Notes under the pieces: generated by a model | What the model saw: the letters and a program-made list of their open reading frames with translations, nothing else | Told to the model about the DNA's origin: nothing | Databases searched by the model: none | In this document: positions 41,278 to 51,322 of the stretch, one piece after another | How the letters are laid out: each line of letters starts with the position of its first letter | Position numbering within the stretch: the stretch's first letter is position 1 | Program-made: the position numbers and the translations under genes | Assembly (NCBI GenBank): GCA_015654695.1 | Contig: JAATGJ010000156.1 | Coordinates: forward strand, 1-64,000 | DNA: 64,000 nt | Direction: 5' to 3' | DNA from: Chitinophagales bacterium | GTDB taxonomy: Bacteria > Bacteroidota > Bacteroidia > Chitinophagales > Chitinophagaceae

Positions 41278-41730
41278 TTATGGCATTATTATAAGTGACT
41301 TTGCGTCTATTGCTACCAGTTCAAGATCAAACACCAGGTCCTCTCCTGCTAACGGATGATTGGCATCCAATAAAACGATATCATCTTTTATCTCAGTGAT
41401 GACTACCTGGAATTGCTGTCCCTGCCCGTCATTCATGGCCAGCGGCATACCTACTTCTATTTCCATATCTTTTGGAAACCGGTCTTTCGGCATTTCAATG
41501 ATCATATCCTCATTTTTGGGACCGTATGCTTCAAGGTGTGGAATATTGATCGTCTTTTTTTCGCCCACCGTCATACCGGTTACACCATCATCAAATCCCT
41601 TTATCACATTACCACTGCCTACTTCAAACTCCAGAGGTTCGCGGCCTTCTGATTTATCAAATGTTTCTCCATTGGTAAGTCGTCCATGATAATGCACTTT
41701 TACCTTGTCCCCTTTTTTAACCTGTTGCAT
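41278..41730 (-). CDS. FKBP-type peptidyl-prolyl cis-trans isomerase (SlyD-like)
   Basis: 150 aa. FKBP fold with an inserted IF-like flap ([13 protein letters not shown]...[18 protein letters not shown]). Confidence 0.85.
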   Translation of the reverse strand: MQQVKKGDKVKVHYHGRLTNGETFDKSEGREPLEFEVGSGNVIKGFDDGVTGMTVGEKKTINIPHLEAYGPKNEDMIIEMPKDRFPKDMEIEVGMPLAMNDGQGQQFQVVITEIKDDIVLLDANHPLAGEDLVFDLELVAIDAKSLIIMP

Positions 41731-41873
41731 CTTTTAAATTTAAAATTATAGAATGGTTGCATGCAGGATGCAACTTTTGTGCAAGTTAACAGAAAATGAT
41801 AAACGGCAGATATTTCGCATTTAAATAGGGAATAATTGTGGAAATTTGTTTCCCAACATGTAAAAAGCACATA

Positions 41874-43151
41874 ATGAAATTACTATTGCCATTTCTTTTT
41901 GTTTTTTTAACCAGTACCCGCAGCCCTGCACAAAACAGTCCGGTTTCATTAAACAATGGGCCCCGCATATTGGCCGCTGCTGAACGTGTGAATGTTTACC
42001 TGCCGTTAATAAAGGGAAGAAAAGTGGGCATCTTTGCTAATCAAACCTCCATGGTTGGCAACACACACCTGGTTGATACATTAAGAAAACTGGGTGTTGA
42101 TATCAAAGTAATATTCGGACCTGAGCATGGTTTTCGGGGTACAGCAGATGCAGGAGAAAAAGTCGGCAATTACATTGATGAAAAAACGGGTATTCCTGTC
42201 GTATCACTTTACGGAAGCAAACGAAGACCTTCTGCGGAAGATGTAAAAGATGCTGATATTCTCATTTTTGATATACAGGATGTGGGTGTACGTTTTTATA
42301 CTTTCATTTCTTCACTGGAAGAATTTATGGAAGCTGCATTTGAATTGGGTAAACCATTGATGATCCTTGACCGGCCCAATCCAAACGGCTTTTATGTTGA
42401 TGGCCCTGTATTGGATAAAAAATTCCAGTCATTCGTAGGTCGTCAGCCTGTACCCATTGTATATGGAATGACGATCGCGGAATATGCGTTTATGATAGCC
42501 GGCGAAAAATGGCTGAGTGAAAAAGCCAATACCCGTTATGATTACTATAAGAACCATGCGCAAAATTCTGCTGATACTCCTTTTCATTTCCAGGTGATCA
42601 AATGCGGCAACTATACTCACAAAAGCAAATATGTTTTACCCGTAAGGCCTTCACCGAATCTCCCGGATATTCAATCTGTCTATCTCTATCCTTCTACCTG
42701 TTTCTTTGAAGGAACCGTATTAAGTGAAGGCAGGGGAACCAACAAACAGTTCCAGGTATTTGGCCATCCCTCTTTGCCAAAAAATTTATATTCATTCACT
42801 CCTAATCCTAATGAAGGAGCCAAAAGTTCGAAGCTATATGGACAAGTATGTTATGGGTGGAGCTTATCAGGAACACCAGAAGAAGTACTAAAGAAAGTGG
42901 ATAATAAAATACAACTGAAATGGCTGATGGAAGCCTACCAGCTCTTTCCGCGAAAAGACAGTTTCTTTATTTTCCCCAAATCAGGAAAGATGGAAGAATC
43001 ATTCTTTAATAAACTGGCGGGTAATAATGAACTGTGGCAACAGGTAAAAGCAGGCAAAAGCGAAGCAGCGATCCGGGAAAGCTGGGAACCCAAACTGAGT
43101 GAATTCAAAGTGACCAGGAAAAAATATTTGCTGTATGAAGATTTTGAATGA
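41874..43151 (+). CDS. namZ: DUF1343 family exo-beta-N-acetylmuramidase NamZ-like
   Basis: Signal peptide and a DUF1343 domain with conserved LVDTL, FGPEHGFRG, IFDIQDVGVR and DRPNP motifs. The gene was re-started at MKLLLPF. Confidence 0.8.
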   Translation: MKLLLPFLFVFLTSTRSPAQNSPVSLNNGPRILAAAERVNVYLPLIKGRKVGIFANQTSMVGNTHLVDTLRKLGVDIKVIFGPEHGFRGTADAGEKVGNYIDEKTGIPVVSLYGSKRRPSAEDVKDADILIFDIQDVGVRFYTFISSLEEFMEAAFELGKPLMILDRPNPNGFYVDGPVLDKKFQSFVGRQPVPIVYGMTIAEYAFMIAGEKWLSEKANTRYDYYKNHAQNSADTPFHFQVIKCGNYTHKSKYVLPVRPSPNLPDIQSVYLYPSTCFFEGTVLSEGRGTNKQFQVFGHPSLPKNLYSFTPNPNEGAKSSKLYGQVCYGWSLSGTPEEVLKKVDNKIQLKWLMEAYQLFPRKDSFFIFPKSGKMEESFFNKLAGNNELWQQVKAGKSEAAIRESWEPKLSEFKVTRKKYLLYEDFE

Positions 43152-43330
43152 TTATGCCCGCTATTTAAAACACTAAATTCATTATATCAACCGGGAAAGA
43201 TCACTATTCTATCCACAGGCATAAGTAGATTTACTAACACTCTATAAAACAACAGCATATTGTCAGTAATTGCCAGCCCGTCAACCGGTTTATTTCCGTA
43301 ATTTCAAGCACCCAAACTGCTTAAATAAAC

Positions 43331-45910
43331 ATGCACGATCAACCAGCGATCTTTTCCCTGCTGCAACAATATATTCCGGCCCTTAGTTCTTACAACGAAT
43401 TATTCTCTGCTGATAATACTATAAGGCCTGACTGGCAAACTTTTTTCGCTTCACTTCATCAATTAGGATATAAAGAATTACAAAACCGTAATATTGATAT
43501 ACAGCGGCTACTGAAAGAAAATGGTGTAGCCTATAATATTTATAATGACCCCTCCGGGCAAACACGTCCCTGGGAACTTGATCCCATACCTCAATTAATA
43601 ACAGCTAATGAATGGGAAACCATCAATGCAGGTTTGATACAGCGTGCAGAATTGTTTGATCTTTTATTGAAAGATATTTACGGTCCGCAAACACTTATAA
43701 AAAATGGCATCATTCCACAGGAACTGATTTACCTGCATCCCGGCTTTATCCGGTCATGTGTAAATGTCAAATTACCCGGAACACAGCACCTGGTTTTATA
43801 TGCAGCGGATATGGCCCGTGGCAATGATGGTCGTTTATGGATCATCAGTGACCGTACGCAGGCGCCATCAGGTTCGGGTTATGCGCTGGAAAACAGGTTT
43901 GCAATGTCAAGTGTATTACCTGAATTATTTTCCAACCTCAATGTAAAGAGGTTATCACCTTACTTTGATTCACTGCAACAGGCATTGACGGATATAGCGC
44001 CGCATAATACGGATAATCCAAGAGTGGTCATACTCACACCGGGTCCTGATAACGAAACGTATTTTGAACATTCTTATCTCGCCGCTTATCTCGGACTTAC
44101 ATTAGTGCAGGGCAATGACCTGATGGTAAAAGATAATTATGTATGGCTAAAGACTATTGATGGTTTGGAAAAAGTGGATGTGCTGTTACGCAGGCTGGAT
44201 GACAGCTATTGCGATCCGCTGGAATTAAAAAGCGATTCACTGTTAGGCATTCCGGGCCTGGTGCAGGTAGTGAGAAAAGGAAATGTAGCTATTGCCAACC
44301 CGCTTGGAAGCAGTATAGTAGAAAGTGCAGGCCTTGTTCCTTTTTTACCTGCTATTGCCAAACATTTCTTTGGAAAGGAACTGATCATGCCGACCATCGC
44401 CACATGGTGGTGCGGTCAGCCCAAAGAAATGAATTATGTAATCGCTAATTTAAAAACGCTGGTAGTAAGAAAGATATTCAGGAATGTGGCCGGCACCCGT
44501 TCTGCTATTGATGGCGCTTCGCTGTCAGTAATACAGGCAGAAGAGTTGATACGACAAATAAAAGCCAGTCCCTACCTGTATGTCGGGCAGGAAAAAATTA
44601 ATTTCTCCTCCACACCTTCATGGGTGGATGGAAAAATTGAAGCGGGTCATTCGTTGTTCAGGAGTTTCCTGGTCAGCCATAACAACAGTTATATTGCCAT
44701 GCCCGGCGGCCTGACACGAACCAATACACAGAAAAATAGCTTCATTATCTCCAATCAGCTTGGAGGTATCAGTAAAGACACCTGGGTTCTTTCAGCGGAT
44801 GATGAACAGGAGCAAACGGTAAACCTCCAATTGACTACCGATACATTGCAGCATACAATACATAAGCGGTCACTCCCAAGCCATACTGCGGAGAATCTCT
44901 TCTGGGTAGGCCGCTATACGGAACGGGTTATTTATAACGCCCGGCTGCAGCGTACCGTAATGCAAAAGATGTTGCAAAGCAACAAACCATTTACTGCTGA
45001 TAGCGGGGGCACAGAATCTGTATTGCTTCATACATTAACACAGTGTACTTATACTTTTTCCGGCTTCTTTGAAGACAGCGATCCTGCGAAAAGAAAAGAT
45101 ATCTACGCGAAGCCATGGACAGAGTTAACCGATGTTTTATACAATGAAAAAAGAAACGGCAGTCTTAGTCATAATCTTTCTTTGTTGAAAAACGCCGTCT
45201 ATAGCGTCCGTAATTTCTGGGCGCTGGATACCTGGCGTGTACTGCGGCAGATGGAAGAGGAATGGAATAAAGCGAAAAAGGATAATACTACCGATCATCT
45301 GCGGATGATCAGCAGTATTGATGCATTGAATACTTCAATGTTTGCCTTCCTTGGAATGAACAGGGAAAGTGTTCGCAGGGAACAGGGATGGAATATCATG
45401 GATCTTGGCAGGAAACTGGAACAGGTGCTGTACATCATTACTTTATTAAGAAGCGTTTTTCAAAACAAACAGGAAGACCAGGTGGAGCATGAGTTGCTGG
45501 AGTCCGTCATGATCGCCAGCCAGAGCCTGATTACTTACCGTTATACTTACCGCGACCATTTGCAATTACCATTGGCGCTCGAATTGCTGATGCTGGATAC
45601 CAACTACCCGAAGTCACTGGCTTATTTAGTGAAAAAAATAAAACGCTATGTTTCGCTTTTGCCCAAGGAAGGAAAAGAAATACCGTTAAGCGATAAGCAA
45701 CGCAATATCCAGGAGGCTGACTCTTTATTAAAACTGGCGGATGTAGTAGCATTGGCAAAACATGACCCGTACACCGGGGAGTATGTTTCCCTGAATAAGT
45801 TTTTGGATAAATTATACTCGCTGATCGCCGATACTTCGATGGGTATCTCCAAAACGTATTTTAAACACAGCCAGACACAAAAACAATTATTTACAGCTAA
45901 CCTTATCTGA
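43331..45910 (+). CDS. circularly permuted type-2 ATP-grasp (DUF404/DUF407) fused to alpha-E domain (DUF403)
   Basis: 859 aa. The N-terminal roughly 480 aa carry CP ATP-grasp motifs, and the C-terminal roughly 330 aa form an alpha-helical alpha-E domain. This is the same architecture as the mycobacterial Rv2567-type fusion. Confidence 0.85.
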   Translation: MHDQPAIFSLLQQYIPALSSYNELFSADNTIRPDWQTFFASLHQLGYKELQNRNIDIQRLLKENGVAYNIYNDPSGQTRPWELDPIPQLITANEWETINAGLIQRAELFDLLLKDIYGPQTLIKNGIIPQELIYLHPGFIRSCVNVKLPGTQHLVLYAADMARGNDGRLWIISDRTQAPSGSGYALENRFAMSSVLPELFSNLNVKRLSPYFDSLQQALTDIAPHNTDNPRVVILTPGPDNETYFEHSYLAAYLGLTLVQGNDLMVKDNYVWLKTIDGLEKVDVLLRRLDDSYCDPLELKSDSLLGIPGLVQVVRKGNVAIANPLGSSIVESAGLVPFLPAIAKHFFGKELIMPTIATWWCGQPKEMNYVIANLKTLVVRKIFRNVAGTRSAIDGASLSVIQAEELIRQIKASPYLYVGQEKINFSSTPSWVDGKIEAGHSLFRSFLVSHNNSYIAMPGGLTRTNTQKNSFIISNQLGGISKDTWVLSADDEQEQTVNLQLTTDTLQHTIHKRSLPSHTAENLFWVGRYTERVIYNARLQRTVMQKMLQSNKPFTADSGGTESVLLHTLTQCTYTFSGFFEDSDPAKRKDIYAKPWTELTDVLYNEKRNGSLSHNLSLLKNAVYSVRNFWALDTWRVLRQMEEEWNKAKKDNTTDHLRMISSIDALNTSMFAFLGMNRESVRREQGWNIMDLGRKLEQVLYIITLLRSVFQNKQEDQVEHELLESVMIASQSLITYRYTYRDHLQLPLALELLMLDTNYPKSLAYLVKKIKRYVSLLPKEGKEIPLSDKQRNIQEADSLLKLADVVALAKHDPYTGEYVSLNKFLDKLYSLIADTSMGISKTYFKHSQTQKQLFTANLI

Positions 45911-45925
45911 TTTGAACATTGCACC

Positions 45926-46804
45926 ATGCTTTATTCTGTTGAACATACTACCAAATACCAATACCACGAGCAGGTGAGCCTTTGCCATAACATCGCCGTA
46001 CTAGCGCCGCGCAATACCGATAAACAAACCTGTAAAGCATTTAATATTATTATTTCACCGTTGCCGGAAGTACTGGAAGAACATGTGGACTTCTTTGGCA
46101 ACAAATTGTATTATTTTGTTATTGAACAGGAGCATGAAGAATTAACTGTCATTGTCAGATCACAGGTGGAAAAAACAATATCTCCTGGTGCACCGGCATC
46201 CTACCCTGCACAAAGCTGGGAAATGGTAAGAGATATGCTACTCGTTTCTACCGGGGAGTATATGGAGGAAAAGCAATTCACCCATCCTACGGAAATAACG
46301 GCTACCTCTCCTGAAATAAAAAACTATGCTGAAAAATCTTTTACAAAAGACAGAGCATTGTTTGAAGCCGTATATGATCTGGTAAAACGTATTTACACAG
46401 ATTTCAGTTTTACACCCGGTTTTACTACCATCTCTACTCCCCTTTCTGTTGTGATGAAAGAACGGAAAGGCGTTTGCCAGGATTTTGCTCATCTTGCCAT
46501 TTCCTGTATTCATTCTATGGGCCTGCCGGCAAGATATGTAAGCGGTTACCTGGAAACATTAGCGCCTGCAGGAAAAGAAAAGCTTACCGGTGTTGATGCA
46601 TCTCATGCATGGATATCGGTATTCATTCCCGGAATGGGCTGGGTGGACTTTGATCCTACCAATAATCAACTGGCTAATGAACAATATATCACTATCGGCT
46701 GGGGCCGTGATTATTTTGACATCATTCCACTCAAAGGAGTGATCATGAGCAGCAGTTCGCATGAATTGACGGTATCGGTAGATGTGAAAAGGATAGAAGA
46801 ATAA
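45926..46804 (+). CDS. transglutaminase-like cysteine protease family protein (Bact_transglu_N + TGase core)
   Basis: 292 aa. Catalytic Cys region GVCQDFAHL, with His and Asp downstream. It lies 16 nt after the ATP-grasp gene. Confidence 0.85.
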   Translation: MLYSVEHTTKYQYHEQVSLCHNIAVLAPRNTDKQTCKAFNIIISPLPEVLEEHVDFFGNKLYYFVIEQEHEELTVIVRSQVEKTISPGAPASYPAQSWEMVRDMLLVSTGEYMEEKQFTHPTEITATSPEIKNYAEKSFTKDRALFEAVYDLVKRIYTDFSFTPGFTTISTPLSVVMKERKGVCQDFAHLAISCIHSMGLPARYVSGYLETLAPAGKEKLTGVDASHAWISVFIPGMGWVDFDPTNNQLANEQYITIGWGRDYFDIIPLKGVIMSSSSHELTVSVDVKRIEE

Positions 46805-46913
46805 TATCTTGTACAGAATTTGAAACACAAAAGCACGAAGACACAGAGGCACAGAGATTTTTTATTGCTTTGTGTATTCGTGGCTCATATATATTAAACT
46901 AAGAACACTGCCT

Positions 46914-47306
46914 CTATTTTTTATTTCTCACTTTTTCTTTTTCTGACATTTGCTTCATCCTGTATTTTACCATTTTGCTGATCAATGCCAGGGGAAGTGG
47001 CTTACCCAAGGGAAACTTGGCTGTGCTTTTTGCTCCTGCATAAGGTGCAAGTTCCTTTTTGAATCCTTCAACTCCAACCGGCGCCGGATAAAAAGCGATA
47101 TGGCTTTTCCACGCGGCAAAAGAAACCAGGTTTCCATTCAATGTAAAGGTGGGAATTGCATATTTGATCGTTTCTTCCGCTTTGGGCGCCGACTTCCTGA
47201 TGGTAGCTCTTAACAGTTCCAGCATCTTTTGAATGTCTTTGGGGAAGCCGGCAATATATTCATTGATAGTTGCCGCCGGTTTACTTTTCATCGCCTTTGC
47301 CATCAT
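46914..47306 (-). CDS. DUF1801 (YdhG-like) domain protein
   Basis: 130 aa with the conserved ...AIPTF..NG.LV.FAA.K.H..FYP pattern. Confidence 0.75.
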   Translation of the reverse strand: MMAKAMKSKPAATINEYIAGFPKDIQKMLELLRATIRKSAPKAEETIKYAIPTFTLNGNLVSFAAWKSHIAFYPAPVGVEGFKKELAPYAGAKSTAKFPLGKPLPLALISKMVKYRMKQMSEKEKVRNKK

Positions 47307-47408
47307 TTATAGTTATTAATAGTTAAGGAATGATACAAATTTACATTCCCGTTCTAAGATGGATGCTATGTGAAAGCGACATTATAAGAGGTAGAATGCG
47401 GCAATTTC

Positions 47409-48491
47409 CTATTTTTTCTTCCGGATCGTTTCATGGATAAAAGTCAGCTTCTCCTTTACTGCTTCATTGATCACAAAGGGATAGGAATCTTTCATTCCCA
47501 TGGCACGGTTCAGGCTGTTCATCACGAAGGACAAAGGTATCCATCGCTCAAGGATGTCATCAATAGACTTAGCAGTATAAGGATCAATATTCAGCCGGGC
47601 ACTCATATCATTATCGGCATCGGCGGATCTTGGGTTTAGTGTCATACCAAATGAATAAGCGGTTTCCATTGTATCCACAATATGCATATAATGCGCCCAG
47701 GTCTCCGCCCAGTCTTCCCAGGGATGGGAACTGGCGTAAGCACTGATAAAACTCTCTTTCCATTCTTCTGACGCAGCTTTGCTGTAATGTTGTTTCAATG
47801 CTTCGGCATAATCGGTGGTTTCATCACCAAAAAGTTCCCGGAAGGGCTGTAGCCTTTTTGTATTATCTATCAACTGATCCCAGTAGTAATGCCCTATCTC
47901 GTGGCGAAAATGCCCCAATAGTGTTCGATACACTTCATCCATCTGGTTGCGGGCCATTTCACGGATAGCATCATCGGCTTCCGCTATATTGAGTGTGATC
48001 AGTCCATGATCATGGCCGGTCAGTAAACGTTTTTTCCCATCTTTATTTTCATCCGCCAGGAAATCGAAGGCAATTCCCTTGTTCTCATTCTCGGTTTTAC
48101 TGATGACAGGTAATTTGAAACGTAGCAAAGAATAAACGAGCCGGTGTTTGGCTATTTCAATGCGGGTCCATTTTTCCAGGTTATCCGGTTTGCTGAGATC
48201 AGGTATAGTGTGATTAAGCTCACAGGCAATACAAAATTCCGCTTCGCTGTCATGCGGGAGTAGCCAGTTGCATACATTGTATTGTTTATTGCTGCAGTAT
48301 TTATAGCGTGGCGTGGATGAAGTAATTTTTCCTTTGCTATCAAACAGGACATAACTATTGTCTTCCGCCGGTTGCAAGGCTACCAGGTCCATCCGCTGAG
48401 GATCAAAACCCAGGGAAGCATTGCATTGTACACAAAAGGTATTTTCAAAATAGACGGGCTGACCACAGTGGTCACATTTAAAAAGTTTCAT
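47409..48491 (-). CDS. zinc-ribbon-containing putative zinc metallopeptidase (HExxH)
   Basis: 360 aa. N-terminal CxxC..CxxC ribbon (CDHCGQ...CVQC) and an HEIGH zincin motif. Confidence 0.75.
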   Translation of the reverse strand: MKLFKCDHCGQPVYFENTFCVQCNASLGFDPQRMDLVALQPAEDNSYVLFDSKGKITSSTPRYKYCSNKQYNVCNWLLPHDSEAEFCIACELNHTIPDLSKPDNLEKWTRIEIAKHRLVYSLLRFKLPVISKTENENKGIAFDFLADENKDGKKRLLTGHDHGLITLNIAEADDAIREMARNQMDEVYRTLLGHFRHEIGHYYWDQLIDNTKRLQPFRELFGDETTDYAEALKQHYSKAASEEWKESFISAYASSHPWEDWAETWAHYMHIVDTMETAYSFGMTLNPRSADADNDMSARLNIDPYTAKSIDDILERWIPLSFVMNSLNRAMGMKDSYPFVINEAVKEKLTFIHETIRKKK

Positions 48492-48610
48492 TTGAGAAAT
48501 AGCTTGTTTGAAATTGTTTCTTGTTGCAAAGTAGTTAATTAATCAAGAAATGTGCCTGATAGGAAATGGCATGCGAATAATGTGAACTATGCCAAATGTA
48601 CTTCTAATAT

Positions 48611-48749
48611 CACCCTTTCGGGGTTAAGCCCCAGCTGGTTGCTACATATCTATAGTAATACCACCTCTTCGAGGTTTTAATCCTGAAAGGATGATATTAA
48701 TATAGTAAGTAAGTCATCAAAGATGTTGGGTTCCAAATCCCGAAGGGAT
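48611..48749. repeat. cluster of four short hairpins (5-bp stems, 3-5-nt loops)
   Basis: ACCCtttcgGGGT, ACCTCttcGAGGT, ATCCTgaaAGGAT and ATCCCgaaGGGAT, within about 140 bp. They sit between the zinc-peptidase gene start and the stop of the secreted 443-aa gene. Confidence 0.45.
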
Positions 48750-48807
48750 GGCATTGGATTTCTAAATGAATACTATTACAAATACACAAAGACCAGTAAA
48801 AAATAAC

Positions 48808-50139
48808 TTATTTAAAAAGAAAAGATAAATCTGTTAACGTATTATCTCTTTTAAAACAATATATATAAAGTCTATAAAAGGTTAAATCAGATTCTTTGCT
48901 CATGTCTTTTGTCAGGCCCACAATAGATACATCATTTACTAAATACTCAGACCCTGTTCTATTATCCTTAGTATTGTCGTACTTATACAACAACGATTTA
49001 GCCAATGATTGAACCTGTTTAAAATCAGAAACTTCATTTAGATAAAGCTTATAGGAAGTACTGTCGGTAAATTTTAAACTAACACCAAATAAAGTATCTT
49101 TAGAATCCTTATATGTATGAACGAAGAATGAAAGGCTATTAAATTTCATTGATCTTGATTCAGCTGTATCGGTTATTGTACGTGTCACAATTGTATCAGT
49201 ATTTGTACATTGACTTATGTCTATTTTGAAACAGGCTTTATCCAAGTCGGCAATTGGTATTTTACTATTTAATACGTAGTCATGAAAATTTTTAAATAAA
49301 GTTTCAAATGGATAATTAAACGTCCCATTGGCATTTGTTATCAAGAAATTATTTTTATTCCTAAAATAACTTACGAGATTGCTGTAGTTAGATATCAATG
49401 TATCCTGTAAGTCAATATCAGAAGAATACAGTATTAATGAATCCAACGCTTTAATTGCATCTGAATAATTGTATCTACGCTCTTCGAACGTAACCTTTAT
49501 AAGATACTTGTGATAAAAATTCAGCGGGTTTTTTACGTGGTTCAATCTATTTAGAACGCCATCATAGTTCTTTTCTTTTTCATACTTTTCAGTACTTGAA
49601 TATAAGTCTTCGAACTCTTCAGTAGCATCCAAATATTTTAAAGTTATATCATACCAATAGCTACTTTCTTCTGCAATGAATTCATTTACACCTTTATCCC
49701 CTCTAAGTACATCGAATATTCGATTGGCCTCTTTAACCTCATTCATATTCATTCTGAAAAGCCCTGTGAAAAAGAGTTTGTATTCGTAACCAAAATTGTC
49801 TACGATTCTGAAGTAGTTATATGAATCTTTTTTGTTTAGGTAAATAAATAATTTGCCATAGTCTGGTTTATAAGTGGCAGGCATTCTGGCATAGTAAGAG
49901 TTTGAAACTTTTAAATATGGATCTATCCAGCCCGGTTTTCCTGTGTAAGGGTTATAATTCCCTTTTGTTGAGTAGTTGTCAAACATGCTATTATTTGGCG
50001 TCGTTCTAAAATGGGGCTGAATATAAGTCCCATCATTTTTTAAATACCCATTAACGAAGACATCACTTTTCTGAGCAGATAAATTGTTAAGAAAAAAGCA
50101 GGTTATCAGTAAAAAAAAGGTTCTAAGCATTGCTGTCAT
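48808..50139 (-). CDS. secreted hypothetical protein (Asn/Tyr/Lys-rich, no recognisable domain)
   Basis: 443 aa with a Sec signal peptide. The coding sequence is strongly AT-rich relative to its neighbours. Confidence 0.6.
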   Translation of the reverse strand: MTAMLRTFFLLITCFFLNNLSAQKSDVFVNGYLKNDGTYIQPHFRTTPNNSMFDNYSTKGNYNPYTGKPGWIDPYLKVSNSYYARMPATYKPDYGKLFIYLNKKDSYNYFRIVDNFGYEYKLFFTGLFRMNMNEVKEANRIFDVLRGDKGVNEFIAEESSYWYDITLKYLDATEEFEDLYSSTEKYEKEKNYDGVLNRLNHVKNPLNFYHKYLIKVTFEERRYNYSDAIKALDSLILYSSDIDLQDTLISNYSNLVSYFRNKNNFLITNANGTFNYPFETLFKNFHDYVLNSKIPIADLDKACFKIDISQCTNTDTIVTRTITDTAESRSMKFNSLSFFVHTYKDSKDTLFGVSLKFTDSTSYKLYLNEVSDFKQVQSLAKSLLYKYDNTKDNRTGSEYLVNDVSIVGLTKDMSKESDLTFYRLYIYCFKRDNTLTDLSFLFK

Positions 50140-50293
50140 TTGAACGGGATTTTCTTATCCTGAAAATTATCAAGAAGGGCCTGTACACTTTTAATTACCT
50201 GCGCACCCCTAAGTTAATAAAGCCGAATACATTCACAATCCCCATATGAGATTCGTGGGCTATGAATTTGGCAATAATCTGATTTCTTTCCTT

Positions 50294-51226
50294 CTAAACA
50301 AATGATAAGTCATATTTCAAAAGAAGTCTATCATTTTTTTGAATAAATAGCAATTTGTTCATATCAACTATAGGCCTTACCCAAAGCCTATTTAATACTT
50401 TTTGCAATTCTTCTATGTCTTGATTCATTTGAAGTTCTCGAACAATAAAATCCCTATCAAAATTAGGTTGATTGCCTACAGAATTGCCTACTGTTCGCCA
50501 TTTTTTGTATTGCTGAATTTTTTCTTTTTTTGGTACATAACTTTTGCCATCGTGGGGAATGTAGGCAATTTGATAATTGTGAACTATCACATTTCTATAT
50601 TCTCTCACTAATCTTGAAATTCGCTTATATTCTTTCCAATCTGCAAATCCATGCAAATATTCATCAAGTATATTTTGCCTACTTGGCAATTTTATTGGAG
50701 GAGGTTTGCCTTTTGATAAATAATGTTCAAAAGCACTATCATAATATTTGTCATACCAGCCATCTGCAATTTTCAAAAAACCATCTTTAGTCAACTTTTG
50801 TAAAATGACTGTTTGCTGATTAGTGCATTCAAGAATAATAAAATATATTTTAGTCAAAAATTCCTCGACTGAATCACATACGCTCCCTAAATGAGTATAG
50901 AAGTTTTCAAAAAAAGAAATCTGTTTTTCTTCCAGTGCATTGTACGCATATAAGAAATTCAAAAAAATAGAGTAGTGGTAAGAACCAATCTCATGAAAAT
51001 CCGCTGACGTGTTTTCTCTGGGATCAATTTTAAGTTTGTCGTCATCATCAAATATTGAATTATCAAGCCTATTAGTAAAAGGGACGATAAAATTTTTCCA
51101 GAAGAACTCGCAATTTGGAAATGAGGTGGCTAAAATGTGTCCGAAGTTTTTCTCTTTAACATGTCCATGCTTTTTAAAGCTCGTATGAGATATTATTTCT
51201 TTGAGTTTAGATATTTCGATTTGCAT
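50294..51226 (-). CDS. hypothetical protein with HEPN-like Rx4H motif (candidate RNase)
   Basis: 310 aa and AT-rich. The C-terminal half is predicted all-helical and contains RLVREYRNVIVHN, that is R-N-x3-H, the hallmark spacing of HEPN active sites. Confidence 0.55.
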   Translation of the reverse strand: MQIEISKLKEIISHTSFKKHGHVKEKNFGHILATSFPNCEFFWKNFIVPFTNRLDNSIFDDDDKLKIDPRENTSADFHEIGSYHYSIFLNFLYAYNALEEKQISFFENFYTHLGSVCDSVEEFLTKIYFIILECTNQQTVILQKLTKDGFLKIADGWYDKYYDSAFEHYLSKGKPPPIKLPSRQNILDEYLHGFADWKEYKRISRLVREYRNVIVHNYQIAYIPHDGKSYVPKKEKIQQYKKWRTVGNSVGNQPNFDRDFIVRELQMNQDIEELQKVLNRLWVRPIVDMNKLLFIQKNDRLLLKYDLSFV

Positions 51227-51322
51227 ATAGTTTCATGTAATGAGTCGTAATAAAACTACTTTATATCATTAACACATCCAAATTAGACAGTCTAATAGGT
51301 TAGTAATATAAATAGTGGTATT

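Noticed and set aside
46836-46860. Tandem CACAGAG-GCACAGAG and partial inverted repeat between the transglutaminase and DUF1801 genes
   Set aside because: Too short and imperfect to call a terminator or repeat element. It may be a weak bidirectional terminator.
48729-48750. tRNA T-arm-like sequence GGGTTCCAAATCCC
   Set aside because: There is no acceptor or anticodon arm around it. The stem is only 3 bp with an 8-nt loop, and no CCA or TTCGA context is present.
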